Of a stretch of DNA of 64,000 nucleotides, positions 49,018 through 57,473 are shown piece after piece. Source of the stretch: an uncultured Clostridium sp. (GTDB taxonomy: Bacteria; Bacillota; Clostridia; Oscillospirales; CAG-272); NCBI GenBank assembly GCA_964526505.1, contig CAZGJC010000002.1:316-64315 (forward strand), in the 5' to 3' direction. Under the pieces are notes generated by a model. It had not been told where the DNA came from. It saw only the letters and a list, made by a program, of their open reading frames with translations, and ran no database searches. Numbering within the stretch: the stretch's first letter is position 1; the number at the start of each line of letters is the position of its first letter. The position numbers were made by a program, and so were the translations under genes.

Positions 49018-49269
49018 TTATTGCTCATCGATAGAATTTTCTATATCTTTTCTAACAAGTTGACGGAAGTATTCGGATTTTTGAGGTTGTTTTTCGATAT
49101 GTTCAAGTATATCGTTATCTTTGGGGATAAACAGTCTTATTGTGACTGTTTTTGAATGAAGTTTATTATATTCCGCTCCTGCCCTGTAACCTGTGCGTTT
49201 GGCATATTCTCTTTGTCTTGCGTTTTTTCTCTCTCTTGCTTCTTCTTCGGTATAAATCTTTTTTGCCAT
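49018..49269 (-). CDS. Small basic protein with a ribbon-helix-helix-like C-terminal half (CopG/Arc-like, tentative)
   Basis: 83 aa. The N-terminal half is basic and Glu/Arg-rich. The C-terminus TVTIRLFIPKDNDILEHIEKQPQKSEYFRQLVRKDI fits a strand-helix-helix pattern. RBS AAGAGG. Confidence 0.5.
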   Translation of the reverse strand: MAKKIYTEEEARERKNARQREYAKRTGYRAGAEYNKLHSKTVTIRLFIPKDNDILEHIEKQPQKSEYFRQLVRKDIENSIDEQ

Positions 49270-49297
49270 TGTTGAACCTCTTTTTTTAAATTTTGTC

Positions 49298-49326
49298 TTG
49301 CTTTTTTGTTGTACCTATGGTATAAT
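49298..49326 (+). promoter_or_regulatory. Orphan sigma-A promoter (TTGCTT-17-TATAAT with TGg extended -10)
   Basis: ttgctt ttttgttgtacctatgg tataat. No protein gene lies downstream on this strand before a terminator about 60 nt away. Confidence 0.55.
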
Positions 49327-49332
49327 ATGTTT

Positions 49333-49405
49333 GGCAGAAAGGGCGTAAGCAAGAACGCCCAATCTGTCGGATTGTGTTTTGGCTCTACTTCGGTAGAGCC
49401 TTTTT
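49333..49405 (+). ncRNA. Candidate ~70-nt small RNA (promoter + 2-3 hairpins + intrinsic terminator)
   Basis: Predicted transcript GCAGAAAGGGCGUAAGCAAGAACGCCCAAUCUGUCGGAUUGUGUUUUGGCUCUACUUCGGUAGAGCCUUUUU. Hairpin gggcgt/acgccc lies at 49341-49360. The terminator ggctctac-ttcg-gtagagcc plus T5 lies at 49381-49405. Confidence 0.4.
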
Positions 49406-49428
49406 AAATATCATCCACAATGGGATAC

Positions 49429-50118
49429 TTATTTCATAAGGTGCTGAACCGTATATCCGCCATCCACGTAAATGACGTTTCCTGTTGTATATGATGACGT
49501 CATATCGGTAAAATATTTAACCGCACCGAAAATTTCATCTATGCGTCCAAGTCTACCCATCGGTATACGAGATAAAAATGCACTTACGCTGTTATCATTT
49601 GCATTTTCAATGTCAGGTGTATTATTAGACATGAATGCATAAACGATTGTATTGATCTTGATATCGTACTTTCCGAGTGTTAATGCCGTTTTTCTTGCGG
49701 AATTTATCACTATATTTTCAATGCCACTGCCGATAATATCCTTGGGACATACGTTAATGATTGAACAACCGATTTCTCCCGACATATCGTTTACAAATAC
49801 ATCATTTGCCGATAATAGTGCGTCACAATCATTTTCACTGTAATGATTTCCAATGCAGTTCACAATTACGTTGCATTTTCCGAGCTCGGACAAAATGGAA
49901 TTATGGGCATTAGCTATTGTTTTAATTTGATTGTAGTTGCATATGTATGCTTTCGCAATTCCGCCAAATGTACATATTTCATCAGATACCCTTTTTGACA
50001 TACCATTATCATTATCCAGCATAGCAACCACATATCCGTTCTTTGCCATTTCTTTTGCGATTAACGTGAAAATCGAGTCGCTATGACCCATAATTACGCA
50101 AACTTTATTCGTTATCAT
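49429..50118 (-). CDS. Short-chain dehydrogenase/reductase-fold protein with degenerate cofactor and catalytic motifs
   Basis: ORF 49429..50331; the realistic start is ATG at 50118 (MITNKVCVIMGHSD). The SDR C-terminus is conserved (PMGRLGRIDEIFGAVKYFTD..SSYTTGNVIYVDGG), but TGxxxGxG reads MGHSDSIF and YxxxK reads NSARK. Confidence 0.7.
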   Translation of the reverse strand: MITNKVCVIMGHSDSIFTLIAKEMAKNGYVVAMLDNDNGMSKRVSDEICTFGGIAKAYICNYNQIKTIANAHNSILSELGKCNVIVNCIGNHYSENDCDALLSANDVFVNDMSGEIGCSIINVCPKDIIGSGIENIVINSARKTALTLGKYDIKINTIVYAFMSNNTPDIENANDNSVSAFLSRIPMGRLGRIDEIFGAVKYFTDMTSSYTTGNVIYVDGGYTVQHLMK

Positions 50119-50291
50119 TTTTATCAACTTCCCTGTTATTTTATTACCAAAATTATAACATACAAAAATACAAAAGTAAATACTTTTTGTCAAAACACCA
50201 TCAAAAATCCAAAATTTGATTACAATAAACTTGCAATAATATAAAAAATAGTGTATAATAAAAGCATAAATCCATTTTGGAGGACAAATAT

Positions 50292-51080
50292 ATGAATTTA
50301 TTGTTTTTAGGCACAGGTGCTGCGGATACACAGATACAACTCTATGAAAACAGCAAGAGTTTCAGGAGAAATTCAAGTGCAATTGTTAACGATGACCTTT
50401 TAATTGATCCGGGTCCGCATGTTTTTCACTATGCAGAGCATAACAATTGTGACCGGTTATTTGATAATGTAAAAAATATTGTGGTAACGCATTCTCACTA
50501 TGACCATTTTAATCCGCAAAATTTCAAAACAATATACGAAAAGACGCATTGTACGCTGTGGGCTGACAAGGCATGCATAAGAAGACTTGCCGAGGCATTC
50601 GGCAATGAATTTGCCGACTCCGTAAAATTTGTTGAGATGCATCCATTTATTACATATGATATCGGTAATTATAAAGTGACGTCGTTACCGTCCAACCATG
50701 CTACTCCCGACACGGAAGAGACGACACGTGTATTGCTTATCGAGGACGGAACGAGAACACTTTACTATGGTTGTGATTCTTCTTGGATTCCTACCAAAAC
50801 ATGGAATTTCATAAATAAGAAATCTATAAACACGCTGGTTTTGGAACTCACATGCGGAACACTTGCATATGATGACTGGCGTTTATTTGAACATAATACG
50901 ATAGATTCCTTGACTTTGATGCTTCGTATGTTTAAAAAATACAATTGTTTTGCTGATGACGTTAAATACTATACGTCTCATATGGCTGTTACGTTGCATG
51001 GAACTCACGAAGAACTCGAAAACATTCTTTCCGAGTATGACGTAATACCTGCATACGACGGAATGCAAATTTCAATTTAA
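50292..51080 (+). CDS. MBL-fold metallo-hydrolase
   Basis: The start at 50292 follows GGAGGA. LLFLGTGAA and VVTHSHYDHF (HxHxDH). Confidence 0.85.
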   Translation: MNLLFLGTGAADTQIQLYENSKSFRRNSSAIVNDDLLIDPGPHVFHYAEHNNCDRLFDNVKNIVVTHSHYDHFNPQNFKTIYEKTHCTLWADKACIRRLAEAFGNEFADSVKFVEMHPFITYDIGNYKVTSLPSNHATPDTEETTRVLLIEDGTRTLYYGCDSSWIPTKTWNFINKKSINTLVLELTCGTLAYDDWRLFEHNTIDSLTLMLRMFKKYNCFADDVKYYTSHMAVTLHGTHEELENILSEYDVIPAYDGMQISI

Positions 51081-51116
51081 TGAATGATAATTTAATGAAT
51101 GATATTAATGATAAAT
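51076..51116. repeat. 15-bp tandem duplication (about 2.7 copies) at the MBL gene stop
   Basis: tttaatgaatgataa / tttaatgaatgatat / taatgataaat. Confidence 0.7.
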
Positions 51117-51148
51117 GGCAGAGAGATAACTTCCCTCTGCCGTTTTTT
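51117..51148 (+). terminator. Intrinsic terminator after the MBL hydrolase gene
   Basis: Stem ggcagag(ag)/(cc)ctctgcc, followed by GTTTTTTG. Confidence 0.75.
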
Positions 51149-51209
51149 GTTTGATAAAAGCTACCAAATGTCCCTTGTGATGCGAAGCATGGTGGCTTTT
51201 GAAATATCT

Positions 51210-53009
51210 TTATTCTTGGATTTCGGTTATAGAGTATTTGGCTTTATAAGAATTATACAATTCAGTATACTCGGCACTTCCGGATTTTACTTTGTGTAAA
51301 TATTCGTGCAAGTCAAGCGTTTCGTGTTTGGACATTTCTATAAGGCATCCGGCAATGTTTGAACAATGGTCGGATACACGTTCAAGGTTTGTGAGAATAT
51401 CCGATAGTATAAATCCGTGTTCTATGGTGCATTCACTCTTTTGAAGCCTTATTACGTGGCGTGATTTGATTTCATCTCTAAGATAATCTACAACCTGTTC
51501 GAGAGGCTCAACGGTATACGCTTTTATTATATCATTATGAGCAAATGAGTCTTGCGTTATCGACAGTATTTCGTCCACGGCACCATACATTGAGTGCAAT
51601 TCTGTATTTGCACCGACCGAGAAGGTGATTTCTTTATCATTTATTTCTTCTGCGGACTCCACTACGTTAACTGCGTGGTCTGAAATTCTTTCAAAATCGC
51701 CTATCATATGGAGCAATTTAGTGAGTTCATGGCTGTCGGTTTCATCCATATCTCTGGAAGACAGTTTTACAAGGTATGAACCGAGAATATCTTCATATAT
51801 ATCCACTTTATCTTCTACGTCACGTATATTTTGGGCTGTTCTTTCATCGTATTTATCGAGGAGTCCGATTGAAAGACGCATGGCATTCATTGAGAGTGTT
51901 GCCATTTGCGACGCAACTGTTCTGCACCTGTCTATTGCAACAGTAGGCGTATCAAGCAAACGTTCGTCAAGCATATTCGTAAATTCGTCGCCTTTTTTGT
52001 CAGTTCCTCTGATCGTTGCAACTGCAAGTTTTTCGAGAAGTTGGCTAAACGGTGCAATTAAAATTACCGATAATATTTTAAATATCGTATGAACCATTGC
52101 AATGCCCCACATATTTATCGAGTGACCGTCTGCAACGTGGAAAATGTTAAATATGCCTGTTATATTCAAAATCCAGCCGACGAGATAATACATTCCAAGC
52201 CAGAAAATAACGCCTATGATATTGAAATACAAGTGAATTGTCGCCGCACGCTTACCGTTTTTATTTGCACTGACAGATGAAATCATAGCCGTGATACACG
52301 TACCTATATTTTGACCGAGAATTATCGGCATTGCCATACCGTATGTGATTGCACCGGTTGTGGAGAGTGCTTGTAGGATACCTATTGACGCCGAAGATGA
52401 TTGAACGATTGCCGTGAGTATTGTTCCTGCAAGAACGCCCAATATCGGATTATTGAATAACGTAAGTATTCCCGTGAAGTTTGGATCGTTTTTCAGACCA
52501 CTGACAGCACCGGACATCAAATCCATACCCACCATAAGGACGGCAAATCCCATAAGAATATTGCCAAAACTTTTCTTTTTGTCTCTGTTTGAGAACATTA
52601 TAAGGCATATTCCCACAAGTGCAAGAATCGGCATCCATGCATCGGGTTTGAGCCATTCTAAAATGGAAGTTGCTCCCGAACCTCCGCTGATTCCGTTTAA
52701 CGCCGTCAGCCAAGCGGTAACTGCCGTTCCGACATTTGCACCCATTATAACTCCAACCGCTTGTGAAAGAAGCATGGTTCCGGAGTTGACAAATCCAACA
52801 ACCATTACAGTTGTTGCAGATGATGATTGAATTATTGCAGTTACGCCGAGACCTAAAAGAAATCCTTTGAATTTATTTGAAGTCAGATTTCCGAGAATGG
52901 TTTTTAATTTTCTGCCTGCACTTTTTTTTAGTGCATCACCCATAGCGTCCATTCCGTAAAGAAACAGAGCCAGACCGCATATCAACTGCAAAATATCAAA
53001 AATGCCCAT
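51210..53009 (-). CDS. Na+/phosphate cotransporter family protein with C-terminal PhoU-like domains
   Basis: Duplicated Na_Pi_cotrans motifs (GLGVTAIIQSSSATTVMVVG; GTILTAIVQSSSASIGIL), plus two PhoU-like helical repeats (FERISDHAVN, LERVSDHCSN). Confidence 0.9.
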   Translation of the reverse strand: MGIFDILQLICGLALFLYGMDAMGDALKKSAGRKLKTILGNLTSNKFKGFLLGLGVTAIIQSSSATTVMVVGFVNSGTMLLSQAVGVIMGANVGTAVTAWLTALNGISGGSGATSILEWLKPDAWMPILALVGICLIMFSNRDKKKSFGNILMGFAVLMVGMDLMSGAVSGLKNDPNFTGILTLFNNPILGVLAGTILTAIVQSSSASIGILQALSTTGAITYGMAMPIILGQNIGTCITAMISSVSANKNGKRAATIHLYFNIIGVIFWLGMYYLVGWILNITGIFNIFHVADGHSINMWGIAMVHTIFKILSVILIAPFSQLLEKLAVATIRGTDKKGDEFTNMLDERLLDTPTVAIDRCRTVASQMATLSMNAMRLSIGLLDKYDERTAQNIRDVEDKVDIYEDILGSYLVKLSSRDMDETDSHELTKLLHMIGDFERISDHAVNVVESAEEINDKEITFSVGANTELHSMYGAVDEILSITQDSFAHNDIIKAYTVEPLEQVVDYLRDEIKSRHVIRLQKSECTIEHGFILSDILTNLERVSDHCSNIAGCLIEMSKHETLDLHEYLHKVKSGSAEYTELYNSYKAKYSITEIQE

Positions 53010-53130
53010 TTTTGCCTCCGATGTTTTTGTTTTCGGTATAGTAAAAGATTGTATTTGTCTCTATAATACAACATTTTCTTTCGCTGTGCAAGCATTTATT
53101 TGTTAAATTTTATTATTTTGTCCAATTTGA

Positions 53131-53166
53131 TAAATAAAATAACCGCCCGAAGATGTTTCGGACGGT
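53131..53166 (-). terminator. Terminator after the Cys-rich protein gene
   Basis: Minus-strand hairpin accgtccgaaa-catc-ttcgggcggt (one mismatch), followed by UUAUUUUAUUU. Confidence 0.6.
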
Positions 53167-53211
53167 GTTCGATTTCCATGGAATCCATTTTTTATTTGTT
53201 TTCTATTGTAT

Positions 53212-54069
53212 TTAACTTCCGCAACCGCATTTACCGCCCTTGTCAAAACAGGTTGGTTTTTCGTTGTTTATTATCGGCATACTTGTTCCCGTAAATTCTG
53301 ATGTGGGAAAGCACATATTTCTGAATATACCACACGGGTCATCTCTTTTGGCTTCAACACATTCTTTGTCGGGAACCGAATATTCGGATGCGTTTATAAG
53401 GAGTTGTGCCGGACGGGTAATTCTGACAACGGAGAATATTCCGAGTGATACCGCAAGGTACCTGTCGACAGTTGTGGCAAAATCATTTGTTAATGCTCCG
53501 GATATATTTCGTACAACACACTCCGGAACGTCACAGGGACAACAGCAACAACAACTTTCGCTTACATTCTCTATAATTCGTGTATCAAGTATAATCGGGT
53601 CTACAACTTCTACTGTTGCGATAGGCAAACTTCTTTGTCTGCAACAGGGCTGTATTTCATCACAAAATCCGTTTCCGTCTATACTTGAACGGAACGTGCT
53701 GACGTTTCCCTCTCCTCCGAAAAGAATAATTTTCTTTTCGAGAACAGCTACTCCGTCAAATTCCTGAGACCGTCCGCCACCAACGCACGCTTCAAAAATG
53801 AGTTTAACGTAGAATCTTATTGTTACCGAGTAAAATCCTCTGTTGAATTGTACGGGGTCAAGAGTAATTGACGTCCAAGCAATGCAAGCACTTTTAGCAC
53901 GAATGGTGTTTGTGTGTTCTATTATTTCGTTTCCGAAATCGGTTAAGAATACACGAACGTTTTCAAAGCAATCACGGTCACGACAGGAATCAAGAATTCT
54001 GTTGGTTTCTATATAAACAGATTCCCTACCTCCGCCCGTCGTTCCGCAACAAAATCTGTTTTCGGGCAT
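53212..54069 (-). CDS. Cysteine-rich hypothetical protein (possible spore-associated protein; function unknown)
   Basis: ORF 53212..54084; the likely start is ATG at 54069 behind GGAGGG. I count about 22 Cys in 285 aa, including FCCG, DSCRDRDC, PCC, SESCCCCCPCDVPEC and a C-terminal KCGCGS. The gene has its own terminator. Confidence 0.7.
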   Translation of the reverse strand: MPENRFCCGTTGGGRESVYIETNRILDSCRDRDCFENVRVFLTDFGNEIIEHTNTIRAKSACIAWTSITLDPVQFNRGFYSVTIRFYVKLIFEACVGGGRSQEFDGVAVLEKKIILFGGEGNVSTFRSSIDGNGFCDEIQPCCRQRSLPIATVEVVDPIILDTRIIENVSESCCCCCPCDVPECVVRNISGALTNDFATTVDRYLAVSLGIFSVVRITRPAQLLINASEYSVPDKECVEAKRDDPCGIFRNMCFPTSEFTGTSMPIINNEKPTCFDKGGKCGCGS

Positions 54070-54193
54070 AATATTTCCCTCCATATAATGTAATGTGAAA
54101 ACTTGAAGGCCAAATAGATTTCATCAAGTGTTTCTCGTTATCATTGTATGTCGAATTTAGGTGATTGTTACGGTTGACTGTCAGATTTTATAT

Positions 54194-55072
54194 TTAATAT
54201 AAATCTGTCGGTTTGAATTTATATTTGGAATTGCAAAATCTGCATACAATTTCAAGTTCTTCCGGTTTTCCTTCTGCAACCTGTTCTTCAAATAGTTTTG
54301 TCAGATCTTTTTGACCGATTGATTTGAGGGCGTTTTTCATTCTTTCTTCCGAACAGGTGCAATGGTAGTCCACATCAATTTCGTCGAAAAGATCGTATTC
54401 TATTCCGTTCATCGCAATTTTCAGTATTTCCTCGTTACCGAGACCCGCTTCAAATAATTTGGAGATGTTTGTTAGATTGGGGATATTTTTCTCGATTTTT
54501 GAAATAGTTTCTTCATCCGCAAACGGCAATAACTGAATGATTATTCCTCCTGCGACACGGCAACTCCAATCGGTATCTACCAGTACTCCCAAAGCACATA
54601 CGGTAGGGGTTTGCTCACTTTCCGCATAATACTGTGCGATATCTTCGGCGATTTCACCTGATACAAGTTCCACTGAACCGTTTGATGACTCTCCCCCACT
54701 TATATCTTTTATAACGTTTATAAAGCCTTTTCCCACTGCTCCTCCAACGTCTAATTTGCCGTTTGATTTAAGCGGTATATCGACGCAGGGATTTTGAATA
54801 TATCCTCTGACATTACCGTAGTAATCACTTATCGCTATTACACGTCCTGCGGGACCGTCACCGTTGAGCGAAACGGTGACGCTGTCATCTTTTTCGCCGA
54901 GCATACAGCCAATCATAGACGTGGCTGTGAGAAGCCTACCGAGTGTGGCTGTTGCGGTAGGAGTTGAGTTGTGATATTTTATTGCTTCGTTTACTATTTT
55001 TGTTGAATTTATAACATGGATTCTTGCACTTCCGTCGCTGGTCATAGCACGGAGAATTTTCGATTGAGACAT
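54194..55072 (-). CDS. hslO: Redox-regulated chaperone Hsp33
   Basis: The start is at 55072. The C-terminal zinc centre reads YHCTCSEE...CRFCNSKY. Confidence 0.93.
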   Translation of the reverse strand: MSQSKILRAMTSDGSARIHVINSTKIVNEAIKYHNSTPTATATLGRLLTATSMIGCMLGEKDDSVTVSLNGDGPAGRVIAISDYYGNVRGYIQNPCVDIPLKSNGKLDVGGAVGKGFINVIKDISGGESSNGSVELVSGEIAEDIAQYYAESEQTPTVCALGVLVDTDWSCRVAGGIIIQLLPFADEETISKIEKNIPNLTNISKLFEAGLGNEEILKIAMNGIEYDLFDEIDVDYHCTCSEERMKNALKSIGQKDLTKLFEEQVAEGKPEELEIVCRFCNSKYKFKPTDLY

Positions 55073-55092
55073 TGCTTTTTCCTCACGTTTAA

Positions 55093-55872
55093 TTATTTTT
55101 TCGCTCTTGCGATAATATACCATCTTAAATCATTGTCTGTGGCTTCGGTGAATTTATAATCTCCGAAAAAACCTATTGTTTCAAAACCGGAACGAGACAA
55201 TGCATTTTCTATTTCCGGGCGTTCAAAACACCGTTCGGTTTGCACCTCGTCTGTTCGCATGTATTTTCCGTCGTTGGTTTCCTCAAACACACTCAAATAA
55301 AAATCGCATAGCCTACTTTTTTTGTCGTATTCATTTTGCCAAGCACAAAGTACTTGCTTTTCGTTTATTTCCTCTTCGTGTATGTACGAATTATCTGCAT
55401 ATACGGTTTTAAATTTGTTGGGCGTATTTATGTCAAATATAAACAGACCGTCGGGGTCGAGATAATTGTGAATGCAATTAAAGCAATCGTGTAAATCGTT
55501 GTCTCCCGACAGATAGTTTATACTGTCCAAGCAACAGGTAACGGCACCTACTGTACCGTATAGCTCAAAATCTCGCATATCTTGACAAATGTACAAAATA
55601 TCGTTTCTTTCGGCATCGTACATTCTTTCGTATGCAACCGAAAGCATTTCTCTGCTGCCGTCAATGCCTATCATATCATATCCACGCTTTGCAAGTTCAA
55701 GTGTCATGCTACCGGTTCCGCAAGCAAGATCAAGAACTATTGACGGTTTTTGCGTTAAAAATCGGCGAAAACAGTTTTCGATAAAATCGGCCCATTGAGA
55801 ATAATCTATTTCTGAATTGATTTTGTCATATATTTCGAAAATCGAACCATATCCGGAATATTTATTTTCCAT
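55093..55872 (-). CDS. Class I SAM-dependent methyltransferase
   Basis: Motif [20 protein letters not shown], plus [10 protein letters not shown]. The start is at 55872. Confidence 0.85.
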   Translation of the reverse strand: MENKYSGYGSIFEIYDKINSEIDYSQWADFIENCFRRFLTQKPSIVLDLACGTGSMTLELAKRGYDMIGIDGSREMLSVAYERMYDAERNDILYICQDMRDFELYGTVGAVTCCLDSINYLSGDNDLHDCFNCIHNYLDPDGLFIFDINTPNKFKTVYADNSYIHEEEINEKQVLCAWQNEYDKKSRLCDFYLSVFEETNDGKYMRTDEVQTERCFERPEIENALSRSGFETIGFFGDYKFTEATDNDLRWYIIARAKK

Positions 55873-56176
55873 ATTTTCTTCTGTTCTCCTTCCGTTTGAT
55901 GTTGTCAATGACGACTGAATATCCTCCGCTTCCGAATTTTATACAGTGATTGACACGGCTGATTGTGGCTGTGCTAAGCCCTGTTTTTTGTGATATTTCG
56001 GTGTATAGATGTCCTTCGTGTAACATTTTTGCCGCAACGAGACGACGAGACATTTCAATCAATTCGGATTCCGTACATAGATCTTCAAAAAAATTCTTGC
56101 AGTCATCCATGTTTTCGAGAGACAGGATGCTATTGTAGAGAAGGTTTTTATTTATATCTCCATTTTCTTTATTCAT
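55862..56176 (-). CDS. YerC/YecD (TrpR-related) family protein
   Basis: LCTESELIEMSRRLVAAKMLHEG.YTEISQKTGLSTATISRV is typical of the TrpR-like YerC family. Confidence 0.85.
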   Translation of the reverse strand: MNKENGDINKNLLYNSILSLENMDDCKNFFEDLCTESELIEMSRRLVAAKMLHEGHLYTEISQKTGLSTATISRVNHCIKFGSGGYSVVIDNIKRKENRRKYGK

Positions 56177-56309
56177 AACAGATACCTCCGATATTTTTCG
56201 GCAATATATATTTTATCACTTTATAATGTTAAAGTAAAGTGCTTTTGAAATTTTTGCTCCGATTTTATAAAAAATTTAAACCATGAGTTTAGTTTTTGAA
56301 AATTATATA

Positions 56310-56338
56310 TTGACTTTAATTGATAAATATTATATAAT
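56310..56338 (+). promoter_or_regulatory. Sigma-A promoter (TTGACT-17-TATAAT) for the HTH-TPR regulator
   Basis: ttgact ttaattgataaatatta tataat. Confidence 0.6.
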
Positions 56339-56357
56339 TATTGCAGTGAGTTAAAAT

Positions 56358-57473
56358 ATGTCAGCGAAAGGAAATTTGCTTGAAATGACAGGAATAAAAA
56401 TCGGAAAAAAAATAAGATTGCTCCGCAAAAAGAATGATACAACACAAGAAAAACTTGCGGAATACCTTAAAGTCACCCCGCAAGCGGTTTCCCGTTGGGA
56501 ATCTGAGATATGTTATCCGGACATTGAAACGTTGCCACTTATCGCCGATTTCTTCGGCGTGGGAATGGACGAACTTTTGTGTTACGACAGCGTACAAAAA
56601 GAAGCAAAAATAAAGGAATACCTTGCACGTGCGGAACGCCTTGAAGACAGTGATGAAATGCTTGAATGTTTGGAGCTGTTGCGTGAGGCATATGCGGATA
56701 TTCCTTCATCATTTGAAATTCAACTTGAACTTGCCAAGGTTTTGGCAACAATAAATAACACAGAAAAGCCGAAGAAGGCAGATCTTGCGGAGGCCATATC
56801 GCTCTGTAATCATATTTTGGATTATTGTACCGATGACGAACTGCGAGATGAGACCAAAAAAACGTTGTGTGACGTGTATTCGCACTTGTTGCATAATGAT
56901 AAGGCCGCACTGGATATTGCCGAAAAATTACACGGAATGGATTACAGTAAAGAAATCGTTAAGGCGACGGTTTTGACCGGAGAAGTTGCTTTCAGGCAAG
57001 CACAGTCGAATATCGTGGCGTTTGCTGACAATATCTGGTGGCATATATATAACATAGCCTGTGTTCCTGATATATCAAGGAATAACTATTCATTGGAACA
57101 GAAAATTCAGGTGATGAAAAAAGGTATAGAACTGTTTGAAATAATATTTGATGGTGATCTTCTTTATTATAACGACAGAATTGCAAATTCTTACCGTCAA
57201 CTTGCGATGCTTTATCTTATGCAAGGAGATCGAGTTCATGCACTTGAATGTGTTGAAAATATGGCGAAATATGCAATTGCGTACGATACACGTCCTAACA
57301 GTTCGAGTTATTCGTCAATTCTCATAAACAAAGTGGAGGATGTTAGGAACGAGGATGAGGTAAGTCTTTGTTCGAAGTTGTTGCGTGGTAGATTTTCAAG
57401 CAGAGTGTGGACGCCTATAAGAAATGAGACTGAATTTACAGAAGCAATAAAGTCTATGGAGAAATATGTGTAA
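56358..57473 (+). CDS. XRE-family HTH regulator fused to a TPR-like helical-repeat domain (RRNPP-like architecture)
   Basis: N-terminal IGKKIRLLRKKNDTTQEKLAEYLKVTPQAVSRWESE. About 290 aa of helical repeats follow. A possible alternative start lies at 56385. Confidence 0.8.
   Translation: MSAKGNLLEMTGIKIGKKIRLLRKKNDTTQEKLAEYLKVTPQAVSRWESEICYPDIETLPLIADFFGVGMDELLCYDSVQKEAKIKEYLARAERLEDSDEMLECLELLREAYADIPSSFEIQLELAKVLATINNTEKPKKADLAEAISLCNHILDYCTDDELRDETKKTLCDVYSHLLHNDKAALDIAEKLHGMDYSKEIVKATVLTGEVAFRQAQSNIVAFADNIWWHIYNIACVPDISRNNYSLEQKIQVMKKGIELFEIIFDGDLLYYNDRIANSYRQLAMLYLMQGDRVHALECVENMAKYAIAYDTRPNSSSYSSILINKVEDVRNEDEVSLCSKLLRGRFSSRVWTPIRNETEFTEAIKSMEKYV

Larger units (their letters stand above)
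47618..49428. mobile_element. Degraded integrated rolling-circle-replicon-like island (no integrase, no intact Rep)
   Basis: A repeat-rich non-coding DNA stretch, an XRE repressor divergent from a disrupted HUH Rep gene, an RHH-like small protein and a stand-alone sRNA-like unit. The block is wedged between conserved chromosomal genes. Confidence 0.45.

Noticed and set aside
49327-49407. 26-codon ORF (MFGRKGVSKNAQSVGLCFGSTSVEPF) inside the candidate sRNA
   Set aside because: Its ATG directly abuts the -10 hexamer, so it would lie upstream of the expected transcription start. It has no RBS. It is kept only as an alternative in the sRNA finding.
50119-50331. 71-codon N-terminal extension of the SDR ORF (MYPQHLCLKTINSY...)
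   Set aside because: The extension runs through the AT-rich divergent promoter region and is Phe/Ile/Tyr/Cys-rich nonsense. The SDR homology and a plausible start begin at 50118.
51076-51116. 15-bp tandem duplication overlapping the MBL hydrolase stop codon
   Set aside because: The repeat is real, but it is short AT-rich slippage in a 3' UTR ahead of the terminator. No functional implication is evident.
53240-53767. 175-aa plus-strand ORF overlapping the Cys-rich gene
   Set aside because: The minus-strand frame is longer and has a GGAGGG RBS and a downstream terminator. The plus-strand product is Ser/Thr-rich antisense-type sequence containing QQQQQ, which is simply the complement of the Cys-codon run.
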